From Fervidobacterium sp. (GTDB lineage: Bacteria; Thermotogota; Thermotogae; Thermotogales; Fervidobacteriaceae): a DNA stretch of 64,000 nt. The DNA lies in contig JBMFNR010000002.1 of the NCBI GenBank assembly GCA_049970055.1, positions 84,406-148,405 on the forward strand. The letters run 5' to 3'. Of the stretch, positions 9,402-18,723 are shown one piece after another. Both the position numbers and the translations under genes were made by a program. Numbering within the stretch: the first letter of the stretch is position 1; every line of letters begins with the position of its first letter. The notes beneath the pieces were generated by a model, which did no database searches, was not told the origin of the DNA, and was given only the letters and a program-made list of their open reading frames with translations.

Positions 9402-11858
9402 TTATTCATAAACTTTCTTTATTTTCCAGATGTCTTTTGCATACTCTTCGATTGTTCTATCACTTGAAAATTTTCCACTTCTTGCGATGTTAAGTAGTGA
9501 TTTTTTATTCCATTCCGTTTGATTAAGGTAGAGTTCTTCTACTTGCTTGTGTGCTTTTTCGTAAGATTCAAAATCAGCAAGCAAGAAGTACTGATCAGGC
9601 ATTGGAGCGTGTTTTCCATAAAGTAACGATTCGTATATATCCGCAAAGAGCTCGGGATTTTCTTTGCTAAAGTACCCATTTTTAACCATATCAAGGACCT
9701 TTCTGATTTTCTCATTCTCTAAGTAAATGCCAAATGGGTTATATATACCTTTTTTTCTCGCTTCGTCGATTTCTTCCGCTTTTAATCCGAAAATGAATAT
9801 ATTTTCTTGCCCCACTTCTTCAAGTATTTCTATGTTTGCACCATCTAATGTTCCAAGTGTTAAGGCTCCGTTGATCATAAACTTCATATTCCCAGTACCA
9901 GAAGCTTCCGTACCAGCTGTCGAAATCTGCTCACTTATATTGGCTGCTGGAATGATTATTTGAGCTGCGGACACGTTGTAATTAGGTACAAAGACAACTT
10001 TTAATTGCTTACTAACTTCTGGGTCGCTGTTTACAATATCCGCAACACTGTTTATTAATTTGATTATCAGTTTTGCCATCTTGTAACCAGGCGCTGATTT
10101 ACCCGCGAAAATAAATGTCCTCGGTACTCTTAGGTTATTACCTGCCTTTATTTCGTTGTATAGGTGAATAATATGCAGTACGTTAAGTAACTGTCTTTTA
10201 TATTCATGAATCCTTTTGACCTGTATATCAAAGAGCGTTGAAGGATCAATCGATACACCTGTCTTTTCCATAATGTATCTTGCTAATCTTTCCTTGTTCC
10301 ATTGTTTTGCCTGTGATAATCTAGAAAGAAATTCTTGATCATCGATAAAAGATTCAAGTTTTCTCAATTCGTAAAGATTGGTAATCCAACCATCGCCAAT
10401 GCTTCCTGTAATTACCTTTGAAAGTGGTGGATTACATTCAAGTAGCCACCTTCTTTGAGTTACGCCATTTGTTTTATTGTTGAACTTCTCAGGATACATT
10501 TCGTAAAAGTCTTTAAGAACACTTTTCTTAAGAATTTTTGTGTGAAGTTCAGATACGCCGTTTATCGAGAATGAACCAACTGAGGATAAATTTGCCATCC
10601 TGACTTTCTTTATATTCCCTTCTTCAAAAATGGACATATCAATGATTTTTTTCAGATTACCATCGAATTTTTTACCAACTTCGTCCAAGAATCTTGCATT
10701 AATCTCTTCTATTATCTGGTAGTGTCTTGGTAGCATATGTTGAAGTAGTGGTGCTTCCCATTTTTCAAGTGCTTCAGGCATCACCGTGTGGTTTGTGTAA
10801 GCGATCGTGTTTTTAACGATATCCCAAGCTTTCTCCCAACCATATCCTTCTTCGTCAAGTAATATCCTCATCAATTCTGGTATAGCAAGCGCGGGATGTG
10901 TATCATTCAATTGTATTACTTCCGACTGATGTAAGTTACTTAAATCATTACCAAATCTTCTCTTATGCCTTCTTATTATGTCTTGGAGTGCAGCACTAAC
11001 AAAGAAATACTCTTGCTTTAGCCTTAACTCCCTACCTTGGTAAAATGCATCGTTCGGGTAAAGCACTTTACAAAGTGTTTCTGCAAAGTTTTTCTCGTAA
11101 ACTGCTCTTTCATAGTTACCTTTCTCAAACTCTGTGAAGTTAAATTCATTTAGCGCTTTTGGATGCCAGAGCCTGAGTACAGAGACAATATTGCTGTTGT
11201 AGCCTGTTATGTAAATATCGTATGGTACAGCAAGAATATCGTAGGTATCAACCCATCTAAATCTGAGGTTACTATTTTCATCTGTGTAACTCTCACTTCT
11301 ACCAAAGAATTTCACAACGACTGATTCTTCTATTTTGGGAAATTCCCATGGATAACCGTTTTTTAGCCAATCATCGGGTATTTCCTTCTGGTAGCCATTT
11401 TCGATTACTTGCTTGAAGAGACCGTACTGGTATCTAATTGTGTATCCGAACGAGAGATAACCTAATGTCGCTAAGGAATCTAAAAAGCAGGCTGCAAGTC
11501 TTCCAAGACCACCGTTCCCGAGAGCTGCATCTTCTTCAAGTAAAGCTATATCAGAAAGATCCAAGTTAAATTTCTCAAGTACCTCTCTGACTTCTTTTTC
11601 AGCTTGAAGATTTAAGATGTTGTTGTAAAGAAGTCTTCCAATCAAAAATTCCATCGACAAATAGTTCACAATTTTTAAATCTTTTCTTTTGTACATGATC
11701 TCCTCTGTTTTGAGCCATTTATCAACTACTAAATCTCTAACGGAATATGAGAGCGCAAAGAACTTTTGGAGAATGGTTGAAAGTTCTGTGTTTTCCGCCA
11801 AAGTGTGGTTTAAATGATAAACAAATCGCTCCGATAAATCTATCTTCTTGCTTTTCAC
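9402..11858 (-). CDS. glgP: Glycogen/starch/alpha-glucan phosphorylase
   Basis: LGNGGLGRLAACF, QLNDTHP, KRIHEYKRQ, EASGTGNMKF (PLP lysine). Start placed at GTG 11858, downstream of the predicted promoter. Confidence 0.96.
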   Translation of the reverse strand: MKSKKIDLSERFVYHLNHTLAENTELSTILQKFFALSYSVRDLVVDKWLKTEEIMYKRKDLKIVNYLSMEFLIGRLLYNNILNLQAEKEVREVLEKFNLDLSDIALLEEDAALGNGGLGRLAACFLDSLATLGYLSFGYTIRYQYGLFKQVIENGYQKEIPDDWLKNGYPWEFPKIEESVVVKFFGRSESYTDENSNLRFRWVDTYDILAVPYDIYITGYNSNIVSVLRLWHPKALNEFNFTEFEKGNYERAVYEKNFAETLCKVLYPNDAFYQGRELRLKQEYFFVSAALQDIIRRHKRRFGNDLSNLHQSEVIQLNDTHPALAIPELMRILLDEEGYGWEKAWDIVKNTIAYTNHTVMPEALEKWEAPLLQHMLPRHYQIIEEINARFLDEVGKKFDGNLKKIIDMSIFEEGNIKKVRMANLSSVGSFSINGVSELHTKILKKSVLKDFYEMYPEKFNNKTNGVTQRRWLLECNPPLSKVITGSIGDGWITNLYELRKLESFIDDQEFLSRLSQAKQWNKERLARYIMEKTGVSIDPSTLFDIQVKRIHEYKRQLLNVLHIIHLYNEIKAGNNLRVPRTFIFAGKSAPGYKMAKLIIKLINSVADIVNSDPEVSKQLKVVFVPNYNVSAAQIIIPAANISEQISTAGTEASGTGNMKFMINGALTLGTLDGANIEILEEVGQENIFIFGLKAEEIDEARKKGIYNPFGIYLENEKIRKVLDMVKNGYFSKENPELFADIYESLLYGKHAPMPDQYFLLADFESYEKAHKQVEELYLNQTEWNKKSLLNIARSGKFSSDRTIEEYAKDIWKIKKVYE

Positions 11859-11905
11859 TACATGCACCCCGCTTTTGAAACGCTTCCAACAAAATACCAT
11901 TTTAA

Positions 11906-11934
11906 AGTTTACACTAAATTTTTGAAAATGTCAA
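11906..11934 (-). promoter_or_regulatory. sigma70-type promoter for glgP
   Basis: Minus strand TTGACA-N17-TAAACT. Confidence 0.6.
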
Positions 11935-12000
11935 ATCAACGGTAAATAATCTAAAAATAATGCAGTTATCGACTTATTACGTATTATTTCAAGTGTATGT

Positions 12001-12033
12001 AAAAAAAGGATGCCATTTTTAGTGGCATCCTTT
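12001..12033 (-). terminator. Intrinsic terminator of padR-nifX-like operon
   Basis: Minus strand AAAGGATGCCAC..ATGGCATCC followed by T7. Confidence 0.8.
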
Positions 12034-12050
12034 ATATATCCAGGATAATT

Positions 12051-12446
12051 TTACTTTTTAATGATGTTTCGCAATTTACCTTGGATAAATTCATTTATGG
12101 CATCGTCTATACTTGTACCAACGCGTACTAAATAAACACCTATGTTTCTATCTTTTAAATCTTCAAACATGTGTGGCCCAATCCTTACAGCTATAACACC
12201 ATCGATATCTCCAATTGATTCAAAAACTTCTTCATGACCATGTCCATGACCGCCGTTCTCGTGATGGTGTCCATAATGGTAGCCATGATGGTATCCACCG
12301 TGGTGTCCCCTCGCATGGAGATTGTCAACAAGTTTTCTTGAGATTTCTTTAGCTTCTTGAATTTCAACAACTACAAAGTGTTCCGCTTTACCAAAGTGTG
12401 GAGCAACAGTGGTGCCATCGTCTGTCGGAATAGCAATTCTAACCAT
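12051..12446 (-). CDS. NifB/NifX (FeMo-co binding-like) family protein with His/Gly-rich insertion
   Basis: MVRIAIPT..VAPHFGKA.HF N-terminus, IG motif, internal HARGHHGGYHHGYHYGHHHENGGHGHGH. Confidence 0.85.
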   Translation of the reverse strand: MVRIAIPTDDGTTVAPHFGKAEHFVVVEIQEAKEISRKLVDNLHARGHHGGYHHGYHYGHHHENGGHGHGHEEVFESIGDIDGVIAVRIGPHMFEDLKDRNIGVYLVRVGTSIDDAINEFIQGKLRNIIKK

Positions 12447-12462
12447 CTTTTACACCTCCTAA

Positions 12463-12849
12463 TCAATCTATCTTGTTTTCCAAGAATTTCTCAAAAGATT
12501 CTTTGAGCATCTGTATAAAGCTTTCCAAGTTTCTTAAGTATTCTTCACCATCTTTTGTAAGTGAGTAAATTTTTCTGAGCCCACCGTTTCCTTCCTTCAC
12601 GGTATAAGTTAGCACACCGTAGTTCTCCAGCTTCCTAAGAATGTTATATACAACACCTGGGTCGTGTTTGAATGGATAGTATTCTAATTTGTTTAATCTT
12701 TCGTATAAATCATATCCATGCATAGGTTCCTTTTTTATTAGTTTTAAAATCACAGCCGTTAAAAAATCACCAGTTGAGAAACCGGTTTCTTCACATCTGT
12801 GCAAACTTCTTTCATTCTTGTGTTGACATCCACATTTTCTACGCATCAT
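12463..12849 (-). CDS. PadR-family transcriptional regulator
   Basis: EPMHGYDL, PGVVYNILRKLE, RKIYSLTKDGEEYL. SD GAGG before ATG 12849. Confidence 0.9.
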   Translation of the reverse strand: MMRRKCGCQHKNERSLHRCEETGFSTGDFLTAVILKLIKKEPMHGYDLYERLNKLEYYPFKHDPGVVYNILRKLENYGVLTYTVKEGNGGLRKIYSLTKDGEEYLRNLESFIQMLKESFEKFLENKID

Positions 12850-12895
12850 TTCAACCTCTTTTACCAAATATCTTAAAGACTTTGACCACGATTTT

Positions 12896-12926
12896 ATTAT
12901 AAATCAGTATTGATAATTTGTCAATA
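12896..12926 (-). promoter_or_regulatory. Consensus sigma70 promoter with overlapping palindrome
   Basis: Minus strand TTGACA (12924-12919)-N17-TATAAT (12901-12896). TATTGA-N7-TCAATA inverted repeat at 12908-12926. Confidence 0.75.
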
Positions 12927-12937
12927 TAGATTTTTTT

Positions 12938-12964
12938 AAAAGCCCCTCTTAATAGCGAGGGGCT
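12938..12964 (-). terminator. Intrinsic terminator downstream of glnA
   Basis: Minus strand AGCCCCTC-N8-GAGGGGCT-TTT. Confidence 0.7.
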
Positions 12965-12987
12965 GGGGGTACCAGGAAGGAGGATTA

Positions 12988-14358
12988 TTAAACATCAAAG
13001 TACAGATCAAACTCTTTCGGATGAGGAATAGCGTTAACCTGGCGTTCTTCAGAAAGTTTAGCTTTCGCCCAATGTTCAATTAATTCCTTAGGGAATGTCG
13101 TTAAGAAGCTATTATTTGAAAGCAACGCGTTACAACTTTCTTCCAAAGATTTTGGAAGTGGTTTTAATTCTTTTTCGTACATATCCCCCTCGAATGGTCC
13201 AAACCCTTCTGCAGTTGGATCTATTTTGTTTATTATTCCATCTACCCCTGCAAGGATCATGGCAGCAAAACCAAGGTAAGGATTGCAGGATGCATCGATT
13301 GTTCTGAATTCTATTCTTCTTTTTTCCGGGTCTTTGACGTAGCCCGGAATTCTTATCGCGGATGTTCTGTTAGCGATTGCAAAAACTGCGTTTGTTGGAG
13401 CTTCAAAGCCCGGAATCAAGCGCCTGTATGAATTAGTTGATGGATTCGTAAAAGCCATCAGCGAAGGTGCATTTTTTAGTATTCCACCAATGTAGTAGAG
13501 TGCTTCTTGTGAAAGATTGTATATTTTGTCGCCATCGAATATGTTCTTCCCATCCTTTTTCAAAAATTGGTGTACGTGCATTCCGTTTCCCGCTTCATCA
13601 TAAAGAGGCTTTGGCATAAATGTGACTATATAACCATACTCTTTCGCAACCATTCTTGCAACATGCTTTACGATCATCGTGTAATCCGCCGCTTTCAGCG
13701 CATCGATTAACGGAAGTTCAATCTCTACTTGACATGTCCCCACTTCATGATGATGGTATTTTACAGGGATGCCATATTCAAGTAATTTTTTTACTATAGC
13801 GTTACGTACTTCCATTAATCTATCAAATGGAGGAATTCTGTGGTAACCTTTTTTTCTTCCTATGAAATATTCTCCGGTTTCGCCCGATTTCCAAAAGGCT
13901 TCAGAACTGTCGATTTCTAAAGATATCTTATTGTTTTTCACCTCATACCTTACGTCTTCAAATATGTGAAATTCATACTCAGGTCCCAAGTACACCTCAT
14001 CTGCAACGTCTTTTATTGACTCAAGTGTTCTTTTGAGTATCGTCCTCGGGTCATGAGTACATGGGGTCATGTTTTCAACCTCGTAAACATCACATATCAT
14101 TGAGAGAACTTTTTCTCCATTGTACTCTTCTATTATCGCTGTCTTTGGGTCAGGGATAATAACCATGTCACTATTGAAAACTTCAGTGTATCCCAAATTA
14201 GAAGCGTCAAAACCAACGCCTTCGATAAATGTTTTTTCGGAAAAGTTTGTTTTTGCAAGCGTAACGTGTCGCCATCTTCCCCATAGGTCAACTACTTTTA
14301 AATCTATGAAGTTAATTCCTTCTTGCTCTACCAATTTTAAAACATAACTTACTTCCAT
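12988..14358 (-). CDS. glnA: Glutamine synthetase type I
   Basis: FDAS, GPEYEF, HHHEVG, TFMPKP..AGNGMHVHQ, NSYRRL.PGFEAP, NRTSAIRIP, RIEFR. Confidence 0.96.
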   Translation of the reverse strand: MEVSYVLKLVEQEGINFIDLKVVDLWGRWRHVTLAKTNFSEKTFIEGVGFDASNLGYTEVFNSDMVIIPDPKTAIIEEYNGEKVLSMICDVYEVENMTPCTHDPRTILKRTLESIKDVADEVYLGPEYEFHIFEDVRYEVKNNKISLEIDSSEAFWKSGETGEYFIGRKKGYHRIPPFDRLMEVRNAIVKKLLEYGIPVKYHHHEVGTCQVEIELPLIDALKAADYTMIVKHVARMVAKEYGYIVTFMPKPLYDEAGNGMHVHQFLKKDGKNIFDGDKIYNLSQEALYYIGGILKNAPSLMAFTNPSTNSYRRLIPGFEAPTNAVFAIANRTSAIRIPGYVKDPEKRRIEFRTIDASCNPYLGFAAMILAGVDGIINKIDPTAEGFGPFEGDMYEKELKPLPKSLEESCNALLSNNSFLTTFPKELIEHWAKAKLSEERQVNAIPHPKEFDLYFDV

Positions 14359-14394
14359 CTTCTCAGCCTCCCAATGTGGTATCTATGCAATTTT

Positions 14395-14440
14395 ATTTTA
14401 TCATCTTGATAAAACGATAACAAATTATCGTTGAATCAAG
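14395..14440 (-). promoter_or_regulatory. glnA promoter with a 36-bp imperfect palindrome over the -35
   Basis: Minus strand TTGTTA-N17-TAAAAT (TG-extended). CTTGAT-aa-AACGATAA-caaa-TTATCGTT-ga-ATCAAG at 14405-14440. Confidence 0.55.
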
Positions 14441-14649
14441 TAATCGCTGCGTTTTGTTCTGAAAATTAAAATCTTCTCGTTATCTTAAATTTTTGTACGT
14501 ATGCTATAATATACTACGAGTTGCACTTTAATATTCTAACAATTAGAAATACCGACAAATTGTAAAATAAATTGCATAGAATTATAATTGAAAAGCTCAG
14601 ATAAAATTTGAAAAGAAGGCTGAATAGAAAATAAAAGGAGGATCCGGCT

Positions 14650-15729
14650 ATGAAAGCTATTATTCTGTGTGCAGGTAAGGGTACAAGATTAAGACCTTTG
14701 ACTTATACAACAGCCAAACACCTTATCCCTGTTGCAAACAAACCTGTTATACTTTATACTATCGAAAAGATTAAAAGTGTCGGTATCTCTCAGATTGGCA
14801 TAATAGTCAGTCCAGAAAATAAATCCGACTTTGAGCAGAACCTCGGAGATGGTAGTAAATATGGTATTGAGATAACTTACATACTTCAACCTGAACCAAA
14901 AGGACTCGCGCACGCCGTCTTGATGGCGAAAGATTTTCTCGCTGGTGAAGACTTCATGATGTACCTCGGCGACAACCTTATCATGGATGATATTAAACCT
15001 TTTGTCAAAGAATTCGAAGAGAAAAAGGAAATAAGTGCCCTCATCATGCTCTCTCCAGTTAATGACCCAACAAGATTTGGTATTGCAGTAATGGAAGGGA
15101 ATAAAATAGTAAGAACCATAGAAAAACCAAAAGAACCACCTTCAAACCTAGCAATCATAGGTTTGTATCTTTTTAGAAAAGATATATTTGAAGGTATTGA
15201 AAACATTAAACCATCATGGCGTGGTGAGTTGGAAATCACAGATGCAATAGATTGGCTAATTAGAAATAAGGGAAACGTAGAAGGGCACATAATATACGGT
15301 TGGTGGAAGGATACAGGTAAGCCTGAAGATTTACTTGAAGCAAATCATAAAATTTTAGATGAAATAATCGAGGAGTTCAAAATAGAAGGTACAGTGGAGG
15401 CATCATCTCTTATTCAAGGAAGAGTTAGTATCGGTGAAGGAAGTGAAGTTGTAGATAGTGTTGTAAGGGGACCTGTGATAATCGGTAAGAATTGTACTAT
15501 CTCAAATGCCTACATAGGACCATATACATCCGTAGGAGATGGCGTACTCATCGAAAATTGTGAAATTGAAAACTCTATTGTAATGGACGAAGTCAGAATT
15601 TCTAATTTATCACAGAGAATCGATTCTTCATTAATTGGCAAAAAAGTCGAAATTATCGAAAATGATGGTAAACCAAAAGGTGTGCAAATCATCGTAGGTG
15701 ATCTCGGAAGAGTTATCGTTTCAAGATAA
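14650..15729 (+). CDS. rmlA: Glucose-1-phosphate thymidylyltransferase (long form with C-terminal left-handed beta-helix)
   Basis: ILCAGKGTRLRPLT..KHLIPVANKP, QPEPKGLAHA, EKP, RGELEITDA, WKDTG. Confidence 0.88.
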   Translation: MKAIILCAGKGTRLRPLTYTTAKHLIPVANKPVILYTIEKIKSVGISQIGIIVSPENKSDFEQNLGDGSKYGIEITYILQPEPKGLAHAVLMAKDFLAGEDFMMYLGDNLIMDDIKPFVKEFEEKKEISALIMLSPVNDPTRFGIAVMEGNKIVRTIEKPKEPPSNLAIIGLYLFRKDIFEGIENIKPSWRGELEITDAIDWLIRNKGNVEGHIIYGWWKDTGKPEDLLEANHKILDEIIEEFKIEGTVEASSLIQGRVSIGEGSEVVDSVVRGPVIIGKNCTISNAYIGPYTSVGDGVLIENCEIENSIVMDEVRISNLSQRIDSSLIGKKVEIIENDGKPKGVQIIVGDLGRVIVSR

Positions 15730-15753
15730 TTCCTGTTCTTGGGAGGGTAGAAT

Positions 15754-16584
15754 GTGGTAAAGTTAATAGTCACCGACCTGGATGGTACGTTATTAAACGA
15801 CGAAAAACACATTCCATACGAAAATATACAAGCGCTTAGGGCTGCCCTTGAAAAGGGTATAAATGTCAGTGTAGCAACTGGACGCAATTTTGGTTCCGCC
15901 AAGAGATACATAGAAGAGCTTGATTTAGATGTACCTGTTATATTCCAAAATGGAGCATTTATATATGAATGGATGGAAAATAAAATTATATACAAGTCCG
16001 ATTTGAAGTCGGAAATTGCAGTAAACATCGTAGAAAAAGCCCGTAAGTATGATTTATTTTACATTGTATACATCGATTTTCTTGAAGAGAAGGATATGTA
16101 CATCGATATCGATTATCTTGGAGAATTTTTACCTTATTTGAATAACAACAGTTGGCGAATAAATAAAGTCGAAGATGCTTTAAAATACGTGACAAAACGA
16201 GATTCAATTGCAGAAGTAGCACTTGTAGGTGATGAAGAGAAGATAGTAAAAGCAATACAAGAAGCACTTTCAGGCTTTGAACATCAAACAAGTGTAGTAA
16301 AGAATAATAAAGTAAACACAGAAACCTTTTACGAAATATTCGGTCCTAATTCGTCGAAAGAGCTTTCTTTCAAATACTTACTTGAATATTTTAACGTAAG
16401 TCCCGAGGAAACCATGTACTTGGGTGATAATTTTAACGATATTGGGATGCTCAAATTAGTTGGGTATCCCGTAGTAATGGAAAATGCACCTGAAGAAGTT
16501 AAAAAGTACGCAAAATATATAAGTAAGTCAAATAACGAAGCAGGCGTTGCTTACGCAGTGAAAACTTGGGGGTTGAGATTATGA
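15754..16584 (+). CDS. Cof-type HAD-IIB hydrolase
   Basis: DLDGTLL, ATGR, GDNFNDIGML motifs. Confidence 0.92.
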   Translation: MVKLIVTDLDGTLLNDEKHIPYENIQALRAALEKGINVSVATGRNFGSAKRYIEELDLDVPVIFQNGAFIYEWMENKIIYKSDLKSEIAVNIVEKARKYDLFYIVYIDFLEEKDMYIDIDYLGEFLPYLNNNSWRINKVEDALKYVTKRDSIAEVALVGDEEKIVKAIQEALSGFEHQTSVVKNNKVNTETFYEIFGPNSSKELSFKYLLEYFNVSPEETMYLGDNFNDIGMLKLVGYPVVMENAPEEVKKYAKYISKSNNEAGVAYAVKTWGLRL

Positions 16585-17288
16585 TTATTAGAAAATCGGT
16601 TTGCTTAGTTCTGAGCTTAGCTTTTTTCACTTTAATTTTTGCAGATTTGTCCTATCAAATTCAATACATGATAGGTAACAGACAAGCAAAACAACTTGAT
16701 GAACTTTTAAAAACTTTAAAGTACGATGAGCTAGCACCTGAAGAAAAAGGCGAAGTTGCTATTGCTTACAGTGAACTGTACAGTTGGGGCGGCATGGGGT
16801 ATAATTACTCCGAGATAGCTTATCAATTATCCGAAAAGTTGGTAAAAGATTATCCAACTTTCTGGAAAGGTTATTACTCCATGGCCCTTGTACTTTCGCA
16901 TAGAGTTCAAAAGAATAATTTGCTCGCAATTATTCTTCTAACAAAGATAGATCAAAACTTAGAGCTAGCAATCAAATACGGACAAGATCAGTGGTTGCCT
17001 TATTTACTGTCGGCAATAAGGTATATCGAAGTTCCCATTTTCCCAGATCTTGAAAAGGCTGAGATGTTGATCAAAAAAGCCATTGAACTTAACCCAGATC
17101 ATAATTACTCCTATCTGATGTATGGAAAGTTGCTTGAAAAGAAGCAGGAATATTGTGAATCTGCAAAAATGTACAAAATGGTATTAAGCATGAAAGTCAG
17201 ACCGGAGCGGAAGAAAATAGACGAGGAAGCACAACAAATAGCAAGGCAAAGACTCTCGGAGGTGGAAAAAAAGTGTACCAAAAAATAA
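16581..17288 (+). CDS. Exported TPR-repeat protein
   Basis: N-terminal signal-like segment, TPR-like AEMLIKKAIELNPDH..YLMYG. ATGA overlap with the upstream gene. Confidence 0.7.
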   Translation: MIIRKSVCLVLSLAFFTLIFADLSYQIQYMIGNRQAKQLDELLKTLKYDELAPEEKGEVAIAYSELYSWGGMGYNYSEIAYQLSEKLVKDYPTFWKGYYSMALVLSHRVQKNNLLAIILLTKIDQNLELAIKYGQDQWLPYLLSAIRYIEVPIFPDLEKAEMLIKKAIELNPDHNYSYLMYGKLLEKKQEYCESAKMYKMVLSMKVRPERKKIDEEAQQIARQRLSEVEKKCTKK

Positions 17289-18538
17289 AAGGTACGGAAG
17301 ATCTGTACGGTTCTGAGATGAAATACTGGTACTGGATAGAGAACAAAGCAAGAGATCTGTCCAGAAGATACGGATACGGCGAGATACGAACCCCCATATT
17401 CGAGGAAACGAAATTATTCATCAGAAGTGTTGGAGAAGATACCGATATCGTTCAGAAGGAGATGTACACATTTGGCGATAAAGGTGGAAGAAGCATAACG
17501 TTAAGACCAGAAGGTACAGCACCTGTTGTTAGAGCTTTTGTAGAAAATGGAATGATTGCTCAGGGGTTTCCACAAAAATACTTTTATATTGGACCAATGT
17601 TTAGATACGAAAGGCCTCAATCCGGAAGGCAAAGGCAATTTCATCAATTCGGTGCAGAGATCTTCGGAAGTTCATCACCAATGGCCGATGTGGAATTAAT
17701 ATTGTTCGTTGATCACCTCCTAAAAGAAATAGGATTGGTGGACTATGAGATACATATAAATTCGCTTGGTGATATTGAAGACAGGATGAAATATCGTGAA
17801 GCTTTAAAGGAATACTACGCACAACATTTAGAAAAACTTTGCGATGACTGCAAGGTCAGGTACGAAAAGAATATACTGAGACTTTTGGATTGTAAAGTAG
17901 ATGTAGAATACGCAAAGAACGCACCTAAAATAACAGACTATCTGGAAGAAAATTCAAGAAAGCATTATGATGAATTGAAAGAACTTCTCACTAACGCTGG
18001 GTTAAGTTACATTGAAGATCCAAGGCTTGTCAGAGGACTTGATTATTATAACAAAACCGTCTTCGAGATTCACCATCACAAATTGGGTGCAATGAGTGCA
18101 ATCGCTGGCGGTGGGAGATACGATGGTCTCATAAAAGAGATAGGAGGAAAAGATGTTCCCGCACTTGGATTTGCAGCGGGAATAGAGAGATTGATACTAG
18201 CACTCAAAGCGGAAAATGTGCATGTTGATGACGTACAAACTAACACAGTTTACATAGCTTATGTGGGTGGTGTAGAAGTAAAAACGGAAGCTCTGAAATT
18301 ATCAGAACAGCTGAGAAGAGAAGGTATCCCTGTTGGTCTTGAGCTAATGGAACGTGGCTTAAGTGCTCAACTCAAACATGCTTCGAGAATAGGGGCTAAG
18401 TTCACTATAATTATCGGGGAAAGTGAGCTTGAAAAAGATATAGTATTAGTCAAAAATATGGAAACAGGGGAGCAGCTCGAATTTGAAAGAAGTTTTGTTG
18501 TGAGCGGCGTAAAAGATATGATAAATGAACTGGAATAA
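17273..18538 (+). CDS. hisS: Histidine--tRNA ligase
   Basis: LRPEGTA, FRYERPQSGRQRQFHQ, LVRGLDYY, GGGRYDGL, GIERL. Confidence 0.97.
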   Translation: MYQKIKGTEDLYGSEMKYWYWIENKARDLSRRYGYGEIRTPIFEETKLFIRSVGEDTDIVQKEMYTFGDKGGRSITLRPEGTAPVVRAFVENGMIAQGFPQKYFYIGPMFRYERPQSGRQRQFHQFGAEIFGSSSPMADVELILFVDHLLKEIGLVDYEIHINSLGDIEDRMKYREALKEYYAQHLEKLCDDCKVRYEKNILRLLDCKVDVEYAKNAPKITDYLEENSRKHYDELKELLTNAGLSYIEDPRLVRGLDYYNKTVFEIHHHKLGAMSAIAGGGRYDGLIKEIGGKDVPALGFAAGIERLILALKAENVHVDDVQTNTVYIAYVGGVEVKTEALKLSEQLRREGIPVGLELMERGLSAQLKHASRIGAKFTIIIGESELEKDIVLVKNMETGEQLEFERSFVVSGVKDMINELE

Positions 18539-18543
18539 AAATC

Positions 18544-18568
18544 AATCCCCCACAATTAGTGGGGGATT
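18544..18568. terminator. Bidirectional terminator between hisS and tRNA-Gln
   Basis: AATCCCCCAC-AATTA-GTGGGGGATT hairpin. Confidence 0.7.
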
Positions 18569-18578
18569 CACTATCAAT

Positions 18579-18652
18579 TGGCTGGGAGGGGAGGATTCGA
18601 ACCTCCACTGGCGGATCCAGAGTCCGCAGTCCTGCCGTTAGACGACCTCCCA
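18579..18652 (-). tRNA. tRNA-Gln(CTG)
   Basis: Minus strand folds as a cloverleaf: acceptor TGGGAGG/CCTCCCA, anticodon arm GCGGA-CTCTGGA-TCCGC, T arm GGAGG-TTCGAAT-CCTCC, encoded CCA end. Confidence 0.97.
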
Positions 18653-18678
18653 ATGTGTAATTGTTATTAGCAAAAAAT

Positions 18679-18707
18679 ATTCTACCATCACTTTATAGCA
18701 CTGTCAA
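18679..18707 (-). promoter_or_regulatory. sigma70 promoter for tRNA-Gln
   Basis: Minus strand TTGACA-N17-TAGAAT. Confidence 0.7.
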
Positions 18708-18723
18708 TAACGGAGGTGTAGTT

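Noticed and set aside
12230..12320. Short (ATGG/TGG) repeats suggestive of an array
   Set aside because: These are His/Gly codons within the NifX-like gene, not a CRISPR or DNA repeat.
18450..18653. 67-aa minus-strand ORF
   Set aside because: It is a translation of the tRNA-Gln gene and terminator.
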